From contig CM082590.2 in assembly GCA_040954595.2 (NCBI GenBank), positions 10,938,088 through 11,002,087 of the forward strand: DNA of 64,000 nt. The letters are read 5' to 3'. The stretch comes from Balanoglossus misakiensis. Lineage: Eukaryota > Animalia > Hemichordata. Of the stretch, positions 35,198-47,404 are shown one piece after another. The notes under the pieces are model-generated. The model saw only the letters and a program-made list of their open reading frames with translations. It searched no databases and was not told the DNA's origin. Within the stretch, counting starts at the first letter, position 1; each line of letters opens with the position of its first letter. Position numbers and translations under genes: made by a program.

Positions 35198-38100
35198 GGT
35201 GGTGATGATGATGATGGTGGTGGTGATGATGATGATGGTGGTGGTGGTGGTGGTGATGATAATGATGATGGTGGTGATGATTATGATGATGATGACGTCG
35301 TCATCATCCTTAAAAATGCAAACACCTAGTTATTCTTGCCCCTACGCTGAAAAGTGGATAATGTCCTTGACGCAATTACTGTTTAATTGGTTCCGGGAAA
35401 TGGCATCTTCCTGGAAATTAAGACCTGGAATTTTTCGTAGCATTGATTGAATCCCAGCATAGTGGTAATCGCTGTTTAGAAATGTTCAAACTTGTAAAGG
35501 GAAATAGTGACTGGCCACTTGAAAATATATGGATAGTAATTCATCTCTCAAGCCTTGCCGTGCTGGTAAATGAACAAGTTTTTGCACTCAAAGATGCTCA
35601 ATCTGACCTCTGTAAGTCTCATGTCAGATGATATATTGTTGTGAAGCCATTCCTTAGCGAATCCTTCACGTGGTTATATCTCCATGGCAACGAATCCATG
35701 TCTGACTAAGACACTGTTCACTCTCAGTATAAATTTCTCAAATTTATGAGCGTACCTGTTCAATTACAGTAACTTGAATCTGTTTCTTTTAGTAATACCT
35801 GGCAATTTTATTGGCCTGGTTATAAATTATTTAAAAATATGGCTATTTATGTTACAAGGCTCGGCGCACTGTGTCGTTGGAGGAGCCATGTTTAACCTTT
35901 TCAACGACAGTTTGTGAAAAAAGGGCAACAAGCTTGACTACCTCGCACATTGAGCCACAGTACATTTTTTACACCTTCCATATTGAGGAGCAAAGAGCTG
36001 CCCGCCATGAAATACAAGCAGACAAGATCTGAATAAAATTGTTCCAACATTGCACAAATGAATTGGCATGCAGCCAAGTATTCAATCCATACTCAGTCAC
36101 ATGATCGCGAGCACGTCGTCGTTCTGGAACTCTATGCTATACAAATATAAGAAACGTATTGTACGAGAAAATGTCAGGGGTCACGGCAGAAAAGTGCGTT
36201 GGCCGGAGGAGAGTTAATGGGTTTTTCTTTCCATTATGATGAACAATCTGTCATTCTCTTTTTCATCATTCATATCAATATTGAAATAACACGTTTTATT
36301 TTGGCCTATCTCTTTTCAGTTCCTGCGTCCACTGAGAAACCGTCTTGCGTGTGTTAGTACTACTAAGAGTAGCCGTGGCCAAGTTGCTCCTCAAGACATC
36401 CAACCTGAAGAAGCCCCCAAGGAGAGTCCAGTGTGGTCTTGCAATGAATGGGATCCTCTGGAAGAAATTATTGTGGGACGAGTTGAAGGTGCCCATGTTC
36501 CGCCGTTTACGACTGAAGTCAAGGTGGGTGCATCTATGATCCCTTCAGGGTTTGTCTGTTCTGTGTTTGTTTGTGTTGTGTTGTGTATTTGTTTGTTATT
36601 GTGATGTGTTGTGTTGTGTTCTGTGAATGTGTTTGTTTGTGTTGTCTATTTGTGTTGCGAGTTGTTTGTGATGTGGTGTGTAGTTTTTGTTTGTTTGTTT
36701 GTTCGTTGTGTTGTGAGTGTGTGTTTGGTTGAGTGGGATTGTGTGTGTGTATTGGGTGTTGTTTGTGTTTTGTTGTGTTGTGTGATTGTGTGTGGTGTGT
36801 TCTGTTAATTGTGTTGTGAGTGTGTGCATGATGTGACCTGCACTAAATAAAGTGACAGTGAAGTCAAGGCTGCAAAAACGGGCCAATGTACTGTTGAATT
36901 GTTTGTCCCGCTTGGGTGAAAAGATGGACAAAAGAAAAAAGGGCAGATTCCGGTAGTAATACCGACAAGTTATAGTTTGACGTGATGGCGTTGACGACGA
37001 CGTCCTTGGTGATAATGTCAGACATTCTAGGTCATTCTGATTGACCTGCGTGTCATTTCTGTTTGACAGTGATGTCATCTGTGTTATTGTTTTCGCTGTT
37101 TTGACTGCGTATGTGTTTGGTTTAAGGGATGGGAATGATATCATATTCCGGGATTGTTTTCCTGAATTCTCCCAGTCATTGATTAAGGCTTCACCAGTCC
37201 TATAAACCCGGCATATCCGAGTTTCCATGGGTAAAAATAGAACCCACAGCGGCGCTACACAGTTTAATTTATTGATTATTTGCCAAAACCTGGAAAAAAT
37301 CAATATACTTTTGTTACGTAGTAAACAATGAACCATTATTTGCCTTACTTCGAGAGGTCTTGTCTTAATCTTGTCGCTATTATTTCATCAGTATTTGAAT
37401 ATGGAAGCCTTAAATGGACATGGGGGATTCAAAGTAGATAAATTCCCTTACTTGAGCCCCTAGTCGCTTCAGCGAACATTTGCAATCATAAACGTCCTTG
37501 TTGAAAGTAAATATCTACAATAGATAACTAGGTCTGTGGACGTCTATAGTATTGTAGACTGTCCGTAGATCTACATCAGCATACAGATGAACTACATTTA
37601 TGTTTTATATTATGTTTTGCATATAAATAATTAGTTGAAATGAACAATGAAGTTATCAGTTATCAGGAAAAGGGCAGCGATAGAGAGACTTTGTCCCTTT
37701 AAAATTTGCACTGATTGTATTTTCCGCAGCTGTTCCGTTATTTAAACCCATAGCCCTGGCTTTCTGGAGTCTACGGGGGTTACATTACATTCAAGACATT
37801 TGATTTATGGGGTATATAGATTTGCGTCCGGCAACCCCACGCGACCTCGCTTGGTAAACAACCTTGGATATCAAAAGGACAGTAACCTCAGTGCCCTCTC
37901 TCTTTGCTCTGTTTGCATATTTCAAAAACAAAGATCTTCCGATGTAATTTGAGAGTGTGGGGTCAGACCTACTGAGTTTCTAGTGTGTCGTACATTCAGG
38001 AAGATGATTGTGGAAAATGTTTCTCAAATGCTAGCTTTACGGCTGAAAAATACTGAAAATATGTACATTTGATTGAGCCTTGAGAATAATCTCTGTTTTC

Positions 38101-41100
38101 ATGAAATATTGTGGAGACCACAATTTGACTTGTAAAACTAAAAGTAGGAAATTTATGCCAAATATGTGCTCTATTAAGAGCGAGTCCTAAATTTAAAACG
38201 GCTTAGAATCACGCATTCACATTTGGCTGTTTTGTTGTTGGATTAACTGCTAGTAATCCTTTCTCCTTGAACTGAGGGACTATCATTATACGTATTCATT
38301 CAGTATTTTAATCAGATTCTGATCCAGTCTAACTTAGTCCCTGAGTTCTTGTTAAACATAGCATGTCCACTTTGGTTTCTGATATGAAACCGCTAGTATT
38401 GCAGAATCAATTGTTTGTATTTATTTATTTGTTTGTTTGTTTACACTGTTTACTCTATCCCCTAAATCTCTTCCCACACTCACAGCTTTTCTAGTTTATG
38501 AACTGCGTTCAGTTTGACTGATCTGAAATTTTCCGGACGATATTCACATCACGTACGATTTCAAACAAACAAACAAAACATGCAAAACGGAACATGAGGT
38601 GAAAGCATGATCGTTGCGTCAAACCAAATTAATTTAAATAGGTCAATATAGAGTTACCCAGAAGAGCCACCTTGAATATCAATGTGATTTACGAGACATG
38701 TGTCCTTAGAGATGACCTTAAATTAGGTGTGAAAAAAAAAACTGCCTTATTGCAAGGATTTCCTGAGAAGAGAAAAGTTTTCCAACTTGGATAGGTTTTG
38801 CCGTCAATGGCTGGCCACCAAAAGTCAGCCTTGGGACGGTGCAGGGCCGTTCAAAGTACAAATTTCTATCGTATCAATAAATGATTAATGTAGGGACCTT
38901 GAACAAATAAATAATTAGTTTTCTAACATGCTGTATACCACAGATGTACGTTGCCATGGTTTTGCGTTAGCCACTACAGTACGAAAAAGCTGTATTTGTT
39001 TGCATTACTAAGTATTTCATGGTTTTACTTTCAAACATAGATGGGTCCATTTAAATTAGTAGCAGCAATTTGAGCTTTGTACTTATCTGACTTGTTTATG
39101 TAAAATCAATGGGGGAGATTCTTATGAAGTTGTTTTTTTTCTGTTGGATTTGCAGGCCAATACATATGAGAAACATTGGGATTTCTACATGAAGCATGGA
39201 GGTAGACCCTTCCCTGTTGAACATATGAAGAGAGCAGTGGCTGAGATCGAGGAATTCTGCAGAGTTTTGGAACATGAAGGAGTGACCGTTCGTCGTCCGG
39301 AAATACTGGACCATGCCCAGGAATACACAACTCCGGATTTTTCTTCCACAGGTAGGAATCCGGATCTCTCCCATCATCCTTCAGCCTAGTCCGGAATATA
39401 TGGAAGAACTTGTCTAAACTGAACACCAAAAACTGAATAAATTGTACAGTTTGCATAAGTGTCTAGTTTATAGAGGTTACTTCAAGATATGCTTATATGT
39501 CAAAGGGACAGGAAAAGGTGTTCGGTATAGACAGGTTTCTATATTAGACAGAATTGTGAATGCCAACGGAACTGCGTCTGTCATTTGATATCGATTTGAT
39601 ACCAGTCTAGACTCTTTTAAGGGGAAACTGAAGACTCACTTGTTTAAAAAAAGCCTACAGTGTGTGAACAACCATCGGGCGCCACTGAACAGTTCTCTGG
39701 ATATTGGCACCATAGAAATGTTTTTGATTGATTGATTGATTGATCGATATTTGTTTATTTGTGTAGGTATGTATGCTGCTATGCCTCGGGATTTCTTGAT
39801 GGTCATTGGGGATGAGATCATCGAAGCTCCCATGGCTTGGCGAGCACGGTTTTTCGAGTACCGTGCTTACAGACCCATCATCAAAGACTACTTCAGGCGT
39901 GGAGCTAAATGGACCACTGCTCCTAAACCACAGATGTCTGATGAACTTTACGATCATGTAAGTCTTTGCTGTGGATGTTCACAGCTAGTCTAGCCTCTAC
40001 GAAAAAATTAGAGCTATACAGTGGAACCTAGTGTGCCCTGTAAGCCTATATGACGCGACACTGACTCCACAAACTCACTGGTGACTCTAGAAAATTATCC
40101 ATACTACATGCAAATGTATAAGGCTGACTCGGAGACATTTTTAGAAATCCTCATTTGACTCCAAACCTACAAAAATTACATTTTTAGAGTGCACACTGTA
40201 TAGAATTCTTTAGAACACTTTTGGTAAGGGTGGTACATGTTTGATTTTTAATTCTGTTTGTGTTTTTTGTTGTTGCTCACATAGAACTATCCCATTGAGA
40301 ATGTACAAGATCGTCATAAGCTTGCCGCACAGGGCAAGTTTGTGACCACAGAATTTGAGCCTTGCTTTGATGCCGCTGACTTTATCCGTGCTGGTCGAGA
40401 TATCTTTGTACAGAGAAGTCAGGTACGTTATTAAAATGCTGGTAAAATATAACACTTGTCAGTTTAAAGTCAACAATCGGAGAAAGGTGTTGACTCGGTC
40501 TAATGGGAAGTTTATGTCGCTGTTTGATCAAGTACAAAAGGTGAACGAATAAACATTGTTGACTAAGAATAGACAAACAACTCGTACATAATTCACTTTG
40601 ACTCTTCAAATTTAGATTGTGGCTTCGGCTATACTGAGGCCCGTTGGCAGTTTCTATGTCTGTGTGAATTAAAAAAATTCTGCAGGCCTTATTTTCATAA
40701 TGTTTACTTTAAAGTGACTTCATTCTCTCCTGCAGGTGACCAACTACATGGGCATCGAATGGATGCGTCGTCACCTTGGCGACCAGTACAATATTCACGT
40801 AATTTCATTTAAGGATCCTAACCCAATGCACATTGACGCAACCTTCAACGTAATCGGACCTGGGCTGGTGTTGTCCAACCCGGACCGACCTTGTCACCAA
40901 ATTGAAATGTTCAAGAGGGCTGGCTGGACTGTAGTCAAACCACCAATTCCCGATATTCCGGACAGTGAGTGCAAATAGATAATTTTCTTTTCATTTCGAG
41001 TCTTGGTTAGTTACTATAGCAGTGGGTTGCTAGCCAAGTTGAGCTTTGTATGAAACTAGAATTGGCGCAGAGTTTGACAACACCCTAACTTTTCCTGTTA

Positions 41101-41517
41101 AAATATCGGTGCAAAATTTGTTATTTTTGCTCATTTTTCTCCAATTTGTTGCTTAATTTTGAACCCAGTGGCCACAATTCTCCATTGGCTACATGCTGGA
41201 TTGTTTTCTAAATCTTTATATGTCATTATGACAAATTTATGCATGTTTTTAACTTTTCAAAATTTTTTTCCTGCCTAATTTTTCCTGCAGGTCATCCGTT
41301 ATGGATGTCATCCAAGTGGTTGTCTATGAACGTACTGATGTTGGACGAGAAACGCGTCATCTGTGACGCCAACGAAATCCCAACTCAGAAGATGTTCGAG
41401 CGTTTGGGAATCAAGCCCATACCAATCTCCATCCGACATGCAAACTCACTCGGAGGAGGATTCCATTGCTGGACCTCCGATATCCGACGCCGAGGCAAAC
41501 TAGACAGCTACTTCTAA
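32456..41517 (+). CDS. GATM: Glycine amidinotransferase (L-arginine:glycine amidinotransferase, AGAT), mitochondrial; 7 coding exons, 416 aa
   Basis: Exons 32456-32521, 36320-36523, 39156-39351, 39767-39957, 40285-40422, 40736-40964 and 41291-41517 sum to 1251 nt (416 aa + TAA), with GT-AG introns and consistent phases. Motifs [38 protein letters not shown] and GGGFHCWT include the catalytic Asp/His/Cys. Confidence 0.97.
35143..35295. repeat. Compound (GAT)n/(GGT)n trinucleotide microsatellite in GATM intron 1
   Basis: Alternating GAT and GGT runs. Confidence 0.95.
36548..36830. repeat. TG-rich low-complexity tract in GATM intron 2
   Basis: Degenerate (TTGTG)/(TTTG)/(TG) repeats directly after the exon 2 donor. 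Confidence 0.9.
39560..39745 (+). mobile_element. 3' end fragment of an L2/CR1-group LINE
   Basis: 39601 onward reads [17 protein letters not shown], the typical ORF2 C-terminal 'FK..LKT.LF' motif, followed by a short 3' UTR and an (ATTG)n tail. Confidence 0.7.
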
Positions 41518-41710
41518 ACAACAGAAGTTGTCGGAATCGCACTGGAAGAGTTGAATATTCTGGAGAAATCAAGTTAACCTAGTAAATAAGATTTCATCGT
41601 TCCATTGTATTGTGTTTTCAAGCTTACTCTCTTCCAGTAAGGTTTGGGAGTTTGACGATATTAACAGCCACATTTATTCTGTAACATTTAGAGAGAGAGA
41701 GATGTTTTCT

Positions 41711-41803
41711 TTAACCCTTTCACCCCCGGTTCCTTCTCTAGAGGTCCAGCTTTACCATAGAAAACAATGGATTCAGACCAAACCATTGTGGTGAAAGGGT
41801 TAA
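41711..41803. mobile_element. piggyBac-like MITE copy downstream of the GATM stop codon
   Basis: TTAA-CCCTTTCA...TGAAAGGG-TTAA; same element as 20777-20869. Confidence 0.8.
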
Positions 41804-44800
41804 AATGTACTCACAAATGTTTGTGGAGGGGAAAGAATATACCAAGTCGCAAAACTTTTTCTGTCAAGCATTGAAAAGTTCCACTCATCCATTTCTAAAA
41901 ATTCCCGATTCTCTGGACCATTTTCCGGCTTCTGTCAAATAGGATGAAAGAATTTACAAGGTGACAATTCTTTGGAAAACAATTCTGTTTAAGATCCACC
42001 CAAGATTAGACACCTGAGACATACTAGGGTTCAAAAATTTCATGATTGGCAAAGACTGGAAAATCTCTCTCTCTATATCGTTACAGTTTTGTTCAATCGA
42101 GTTTGTGTTGATTATAATATTCCAGCCTTCTTGAATATTTAAATGTGTGGTGTGTACTGTTTATTCAAAACAAACAGGGAGATGAAGTACTACTTGTTTT
42201 ACTCCCAAACAAATCACCAGTTTTTGAGACACACATAAACTTTCTTCAAAATGTTTCCATCATGCAAATAGTTTGATGCAAAGTGTAGGGTCATACATGC
42301 TTTCCTGAAAGGTCGAATTTTTCAACAATCCGGAACATTGCTGTGCAGTTTGAGAATTTATTTGACAACAGCTAATTATGTGAAAATTACTAAATGATTG
42401 CCAAGGTAAAAAATGTCAAATATTAGAAATTTTCTAATAATTCATGTTTCAAAATTGGTGCTAATTCTGTTTTCAAATATTTACTGCAAAATCACTTCAT
42501 GATGGCAGCATTTTTTCTATGAAAAGTTGATGAAAAATTCTGAAAGACCTTAATTTAGAGTATCTCTAAAGTATGAACCTAGGGTTTTGTTGATCCTTTG
42601 CAGAATTTGTACAGTGGGTCTTCCCAGTCAGAAAGTTTAAATGGATGTCCAACATTATCTGTTGTTATAGGCATTTCTAAGTTGACTTGTAGGCCGTGCT
42701 AAGCACTCGCACACAAGAGACAAAGCATGAAGTACACAATCTTGAGATAAAGATTGAAATCACCAAGTTTGGAAATTACACTACAGTCCGAAAGAATGTT
42801 TATTTATTTGTAGCACTTGGGGAAAACAAAACGCGATCAAATCGTTGAATACTGGGAGTAAAACAAGTGTATATTATGTATCTCTTCCAAGTTTAGACAA
42901 GTTTGACTTATTAATTTGTTCAACTTTAAAAAGCTTTGTGTATTTACTATTACTATGCGTCAGTGTGCATGGATCCCGAAAATGACAATTTCTGTTGAGA
43001 TGTTGAAAAGTGTCTTGTGGCGTTTTTACTTCGAGAATTTTAAACCTAAGAGGAATTGGCCACATTTGTGACCCCTTCGTGACCTTTACATCCTGGCACT
43101 TTGTTGGTATGGGTTACCATTTTGAGTTTGAAGCCTGGAACACACCATGCTGTTGAACTTTGAGCTTGAACTCATCCCAGAACAAAAATTTGAATTTGTT
43201 AGCAAAAGGATGAAAAGTTGAATGATACCATACCGACAAAACCTCCCATGTCACTTAGGAGTCGTTAATGTGGCCTCGCGGTAAAAATGAAACCAGCGGC
43301 ACAATGAAGAAAACTTTTATCTTTAAGGAAGCAAGGCTCAAGTTGTTGACATGGAATAATGCTGCACTGAGTACAACGTGCCAGTGAAAAGATTCAATGG
43401 GATATTTCAAGTTCTCGTAAAACATCATTCACATACAGTTACTTTTGCCTGTACTTTTGAGGCGCTGACTGTCAGTCGGTTTGTCCCGTCAGTTGTGTAG
43501 TAGACATGAAAAGTTGGATCAGAGGGTTGTAGTTTGAAGGTAGTGTACACCTCGGAACCATTTACTCGTGTTTTGATCAAGGCACGACCATTCTGTTTGA
43601 ATTGATAATGAAAATTTCTGTCACCATGCAAAGTTTTGAGAAAACCAAGTTGTCTCAAATTCAAAATGGCCGCCAATCTTGAAGAAAAATTTAAGTATTG
43701 ATTTTTATGAAGACAAGATAAAAATCCTATTTTCTCATCTTCAAAAAGACTTGTGCACTTCAAAAGAGCAAAGGTCTGAAACAATTCTGAAAATTTGTCC
43801 ACGATGTGTCTACTTAATGTAAAGTAAAGCAGGATGGATCAAATGTGTCTAGTTGAAGTTGTATATGTTAATAGCAGCTGATTTAGGGAACTTAATGGTG
43901 CATACTACCTTTTAAACACACTTCTGATTGGCTGATAAGTCAGCAAATATTGGGTGATCCCATCTGACAAGCCAATCATAATTTCTGTCTTTTTCATGGT
44001 GACGTTACAAACCGATGATGGACACACTCCAGTAAGTTTGACAGGTGAAACTGTTATCGGTCACGGCACTCTTGTGTGAATTTTTAAAACCCAGATCAAT
44101 GCATTATTTGGTATGTTTTATAGATATTTTAATTTAATTTAAGACATTTATGTAAAAAAAAATAAACTTTCATTCGTCAGGTCAAACATATGAAATGTAT
44201 TTAACATTTTGTAACGATTTTTCTTGAAAAAAAAAAATTAGAAAACTGAATGCTGCATTAATATGTATGTATACAGCAATTTTCCAGGCTTTTTCTCACT
44301 CTGAAGTACTCAGAAAGATTTGTAAAACTTTACACACAGAGGTATATACATTAAAAACTGGAGCCAGAAATCTGTATCCGCATGTTTATAGAAAAATAAA
44401 CAAGAGACACTGGATAACCACTTTTGTCCGGCAAACAGACTCTTAAATTTTTTTCACCATTGTAGAGAACCCCTTGTTGCCCTGGTCTGATCTGGAAAAC
44501 TGGAATATGTGAAAAAATTGTTACAATTCATGTATGTGTCCACTTTGCATTTATGCAAGTCTATTTATAAAAAAGCATCACATGATTTTGACTACACACT
44601 GAATTCATTTTCGGGTATTGCCACTTTTCCAGATTACACCTTGTGCTTCAATTTCTGTAATTGTCTTTTGTGCATACTTTGTTTGCTCTGTGTGTATATT
44701 TGGTGTTCTTGCGTCAGGCGGTCAAAAAGTCTGGAAAATTACCGGTACTTGCTTATTACCATTGCTTACTGGTACGAAATACACAGAAGAAAAATGAATT

Positions 44801-46447
44801 TGGCCAAGTTTTAATTCCCACTACCTTTAATAGGTGTTTTGCTGCCTAGGTGAGTGATAAAATCTCGTGCTGTCAACAATACCAAGATGACAGATTTCTG
44901 TTTAATAAATGGGGGAGTTAAGAAGCTGATGTGGTGTGAAAAAAGTTGACTAAGTTGTGTATGTTAACTACAATGAACTTTTCAACAAAGTCATGAAATG
45001 CAGGGAACATCTCTTCAAACTAATGCAGTGAGTTGTCAACTTTTTACCCACAATGCACTTGATTTGACCCCCTAGCATGAAGTGAAAAGCTATTCAAGGT
45101 ACAACTAAGAATTGATTCGGAAATTTCAGCTATTTGATCTTGAAATTGGAACAGTACTATAAAGAAATTGCCTGACTTCTTGGCAAAGTACACATTGAAA
45201 ATGTCAAAGCTTCTTTGCCCCTTTCAACCAACAAAGACCAAAGATTTGGAATCTTATTTTTGAAATTAAGAGAAATTTGGTAATGTGCCAAAATAATACG
45301 AATTAATGGGTGTCATATTTTGAAAATATTAGTTATTACGGGAGGCTTATGTATCGCACAAGAAATTGCATATTTTGCATTGCAGTTATGCATTTATTTA
45401 CATATTAATGAGATATGCGTGTATTTGCATAATCGCATGGCAACGCACAAAACGTTTCGGCACCGAGATTCGATTCTTTTGATAAGAAGTCTTTCAAAAG
45501 TAACGGTCAAGAGAACAACTTTCGAACTATAATAAGATTATGGCTGGCATTAATTATTATTCCAGAGAGCAACTTGACAAGAGTTTTTTGTTTTAGTTCT
45601 GTCATCAAGGGCTTCCACTCATCTGAGATATGTATATCTTGGTTTGTTCTTTTTTCTAATCTTTTTCCTGCATAATGCCTTCGAGAATTTTAATACTTAT
45701 GACCTTCTTAGAAAAAGGGACAAGAACTAGCAACTTGTAATGGCAAAAGATACTTTTGTAGTGTGGAGTTTGTTTGTACTGAAACATTCTCCAGCTAGAT
45801 GAAATAATATTTTCGTAGTTTTCCTGTTTGTGACTTCTGTTATTTGAATGATTTCTGATTTGAGATACTTTGGATCAAAAATCGTTGCCTGTCCGATTTG
45901 CTTATGAGCCATGTTAAGCTCTGCCCCACCCTCTTTGCATAGAATCAAAGAAAAAACAGTCAACAGAGAATGCGTCGCTCAAAAATTGGTGTCTTTGCGA
46001 AGGGTATATGGGATTTGTTCTCTATGAGAAATACCGGAGCTATATTAGCAACTGGCAAAGTCAGATCTGTCTTGCAACGATTTGTACAAGTCACTATATT
46101 ATCAAGTTGTTTTTATTTCAAATTGTATTTATCCGGCTTGTAGGGATTTGAAAGATGGGCGGTTTTTGATGCATTTACTGCTTTTGAATTTCTTTTGAAA
46201 AAAAGTCATTTTATCTTTAATATCAGAGTATCGGTACTCTACTGACATGTCATGTGGTTCTGTGTTTATAGACTAGTTTTGCCTTTAAAAGGTCCTATTA
46301 TTGAACTGTATAAAGTTGCATGGTTCAATAAAAACATAGAAAGTATATTCCTGGTGTCAGAATTTTGTGTTTCGGGACGTCGTGTGTATGGGAGGAATTT
46401 GTCGTGTAACACTACTGACTGGAAGCTGTTCTGCTTACAGTGTGAAT

Positions 46448-46592
46448 TTAAAGGGACAAAGTCTCTCTCTCTTTGCCTTTTTCTCATTAATTACATGTAT
46501 GTTTGATACAAGACACTGTTTGTGTTATTCTACATGTGGATATAAAGTGAATCAACGTTCGACCACACATAAATTCCACCCCATCTGTAGGA
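46448..46592 (+). mobile_element. Third copy of the TTAA-AGGGACAAAGTC repeat
   Basis: Aligns by eye with 8484-8621. Confidence 0.6.
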
Positions 46593-47404
46593 TTTGAGAG
46601 TAAAAATCTCGCCAAAATGATATGCCTAAAATCACAAAGTTCCTACACCTTTTGACTTAAAATTGTTCAACATAAAAAGGCTACTGTTTAAAAGCTTCTC
46701 GATGACGTAAAACAAACGCCTACTATTATAGAGTTATTGTTTCAGGCTTTGTCTCTTTATGGGTGAGATATAATTCTTTTTGGTCGTTTGTTGCCATTAC
46801 GACAGGTCACCCTGATTGAATACAAATTGTGAGAGCATTTTACTTCTAGCAGATTGTTCTTCATGAAGTATCCACATGTTTATTGATTAAATCTGTCTGT
46901 TGATCATGAAATTAAGAGTTTACCCATTGAGTGTACTCAAGAAGATAGTGATTAAAAATCAATAACTGCAAAGCCCAGTTAAGTCACGCACCCTTGTGCT
47001 GTCTGGTGATTGGGGGATAGATGTGCTAGGACTTACTCGTTATTTAATATAATAGAATCCCATTTGCCCACATGCCACTACCACATTTCGTGCAACTGCC
47101 GTGCTTCTTAGTGATTAACCAATGTCAGTGGACAGGCCTATATGAACTTTGACCTATAGTGTGATGAGCCTGAGCGTTACCATGGAAATGTCATGATCTG
47201 TTGAAAAGCGCTGTCTGGGTATTTGAACTTTGACCTGCTGAGTTTGCTCAGCTGCTGTGCGTAACGTTAGTTTTCAGTTGAAATTCCAACGCACAGATGA
47301 ATGTAATAACAGTGGACAGAGCTCACATACAGTGACGGTCTGTCTATATATGCATAATTACATAATTTATGTTTTTACATCAAGGATTGCACAGACCTAA
47401 TAGA

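Noticed and set aside
35145-35450. Met/Val-rich 101-aa ORF
   Set aside because: Translation of a GAT/GGT microsatellite.
35839-35917. Alternative GATM start (MAIYVTRLG... or MLQGSAH...)
   Set aside because: Both frames stop without a suitable donor; the exon at 32456-32521 fits by homology and phase.
36596-37336. 246-aa minus-strand ORF
   Set aside because: Largely the complement of a TG-rich low-complexity tract inside GATM intron 2; no domain.
43425-43802. 125-aa minus-strand ORF
   Set aside because: No recognisable motif or exon boundaries; overlaps repeat-like sequence (caaaatggccgcc).
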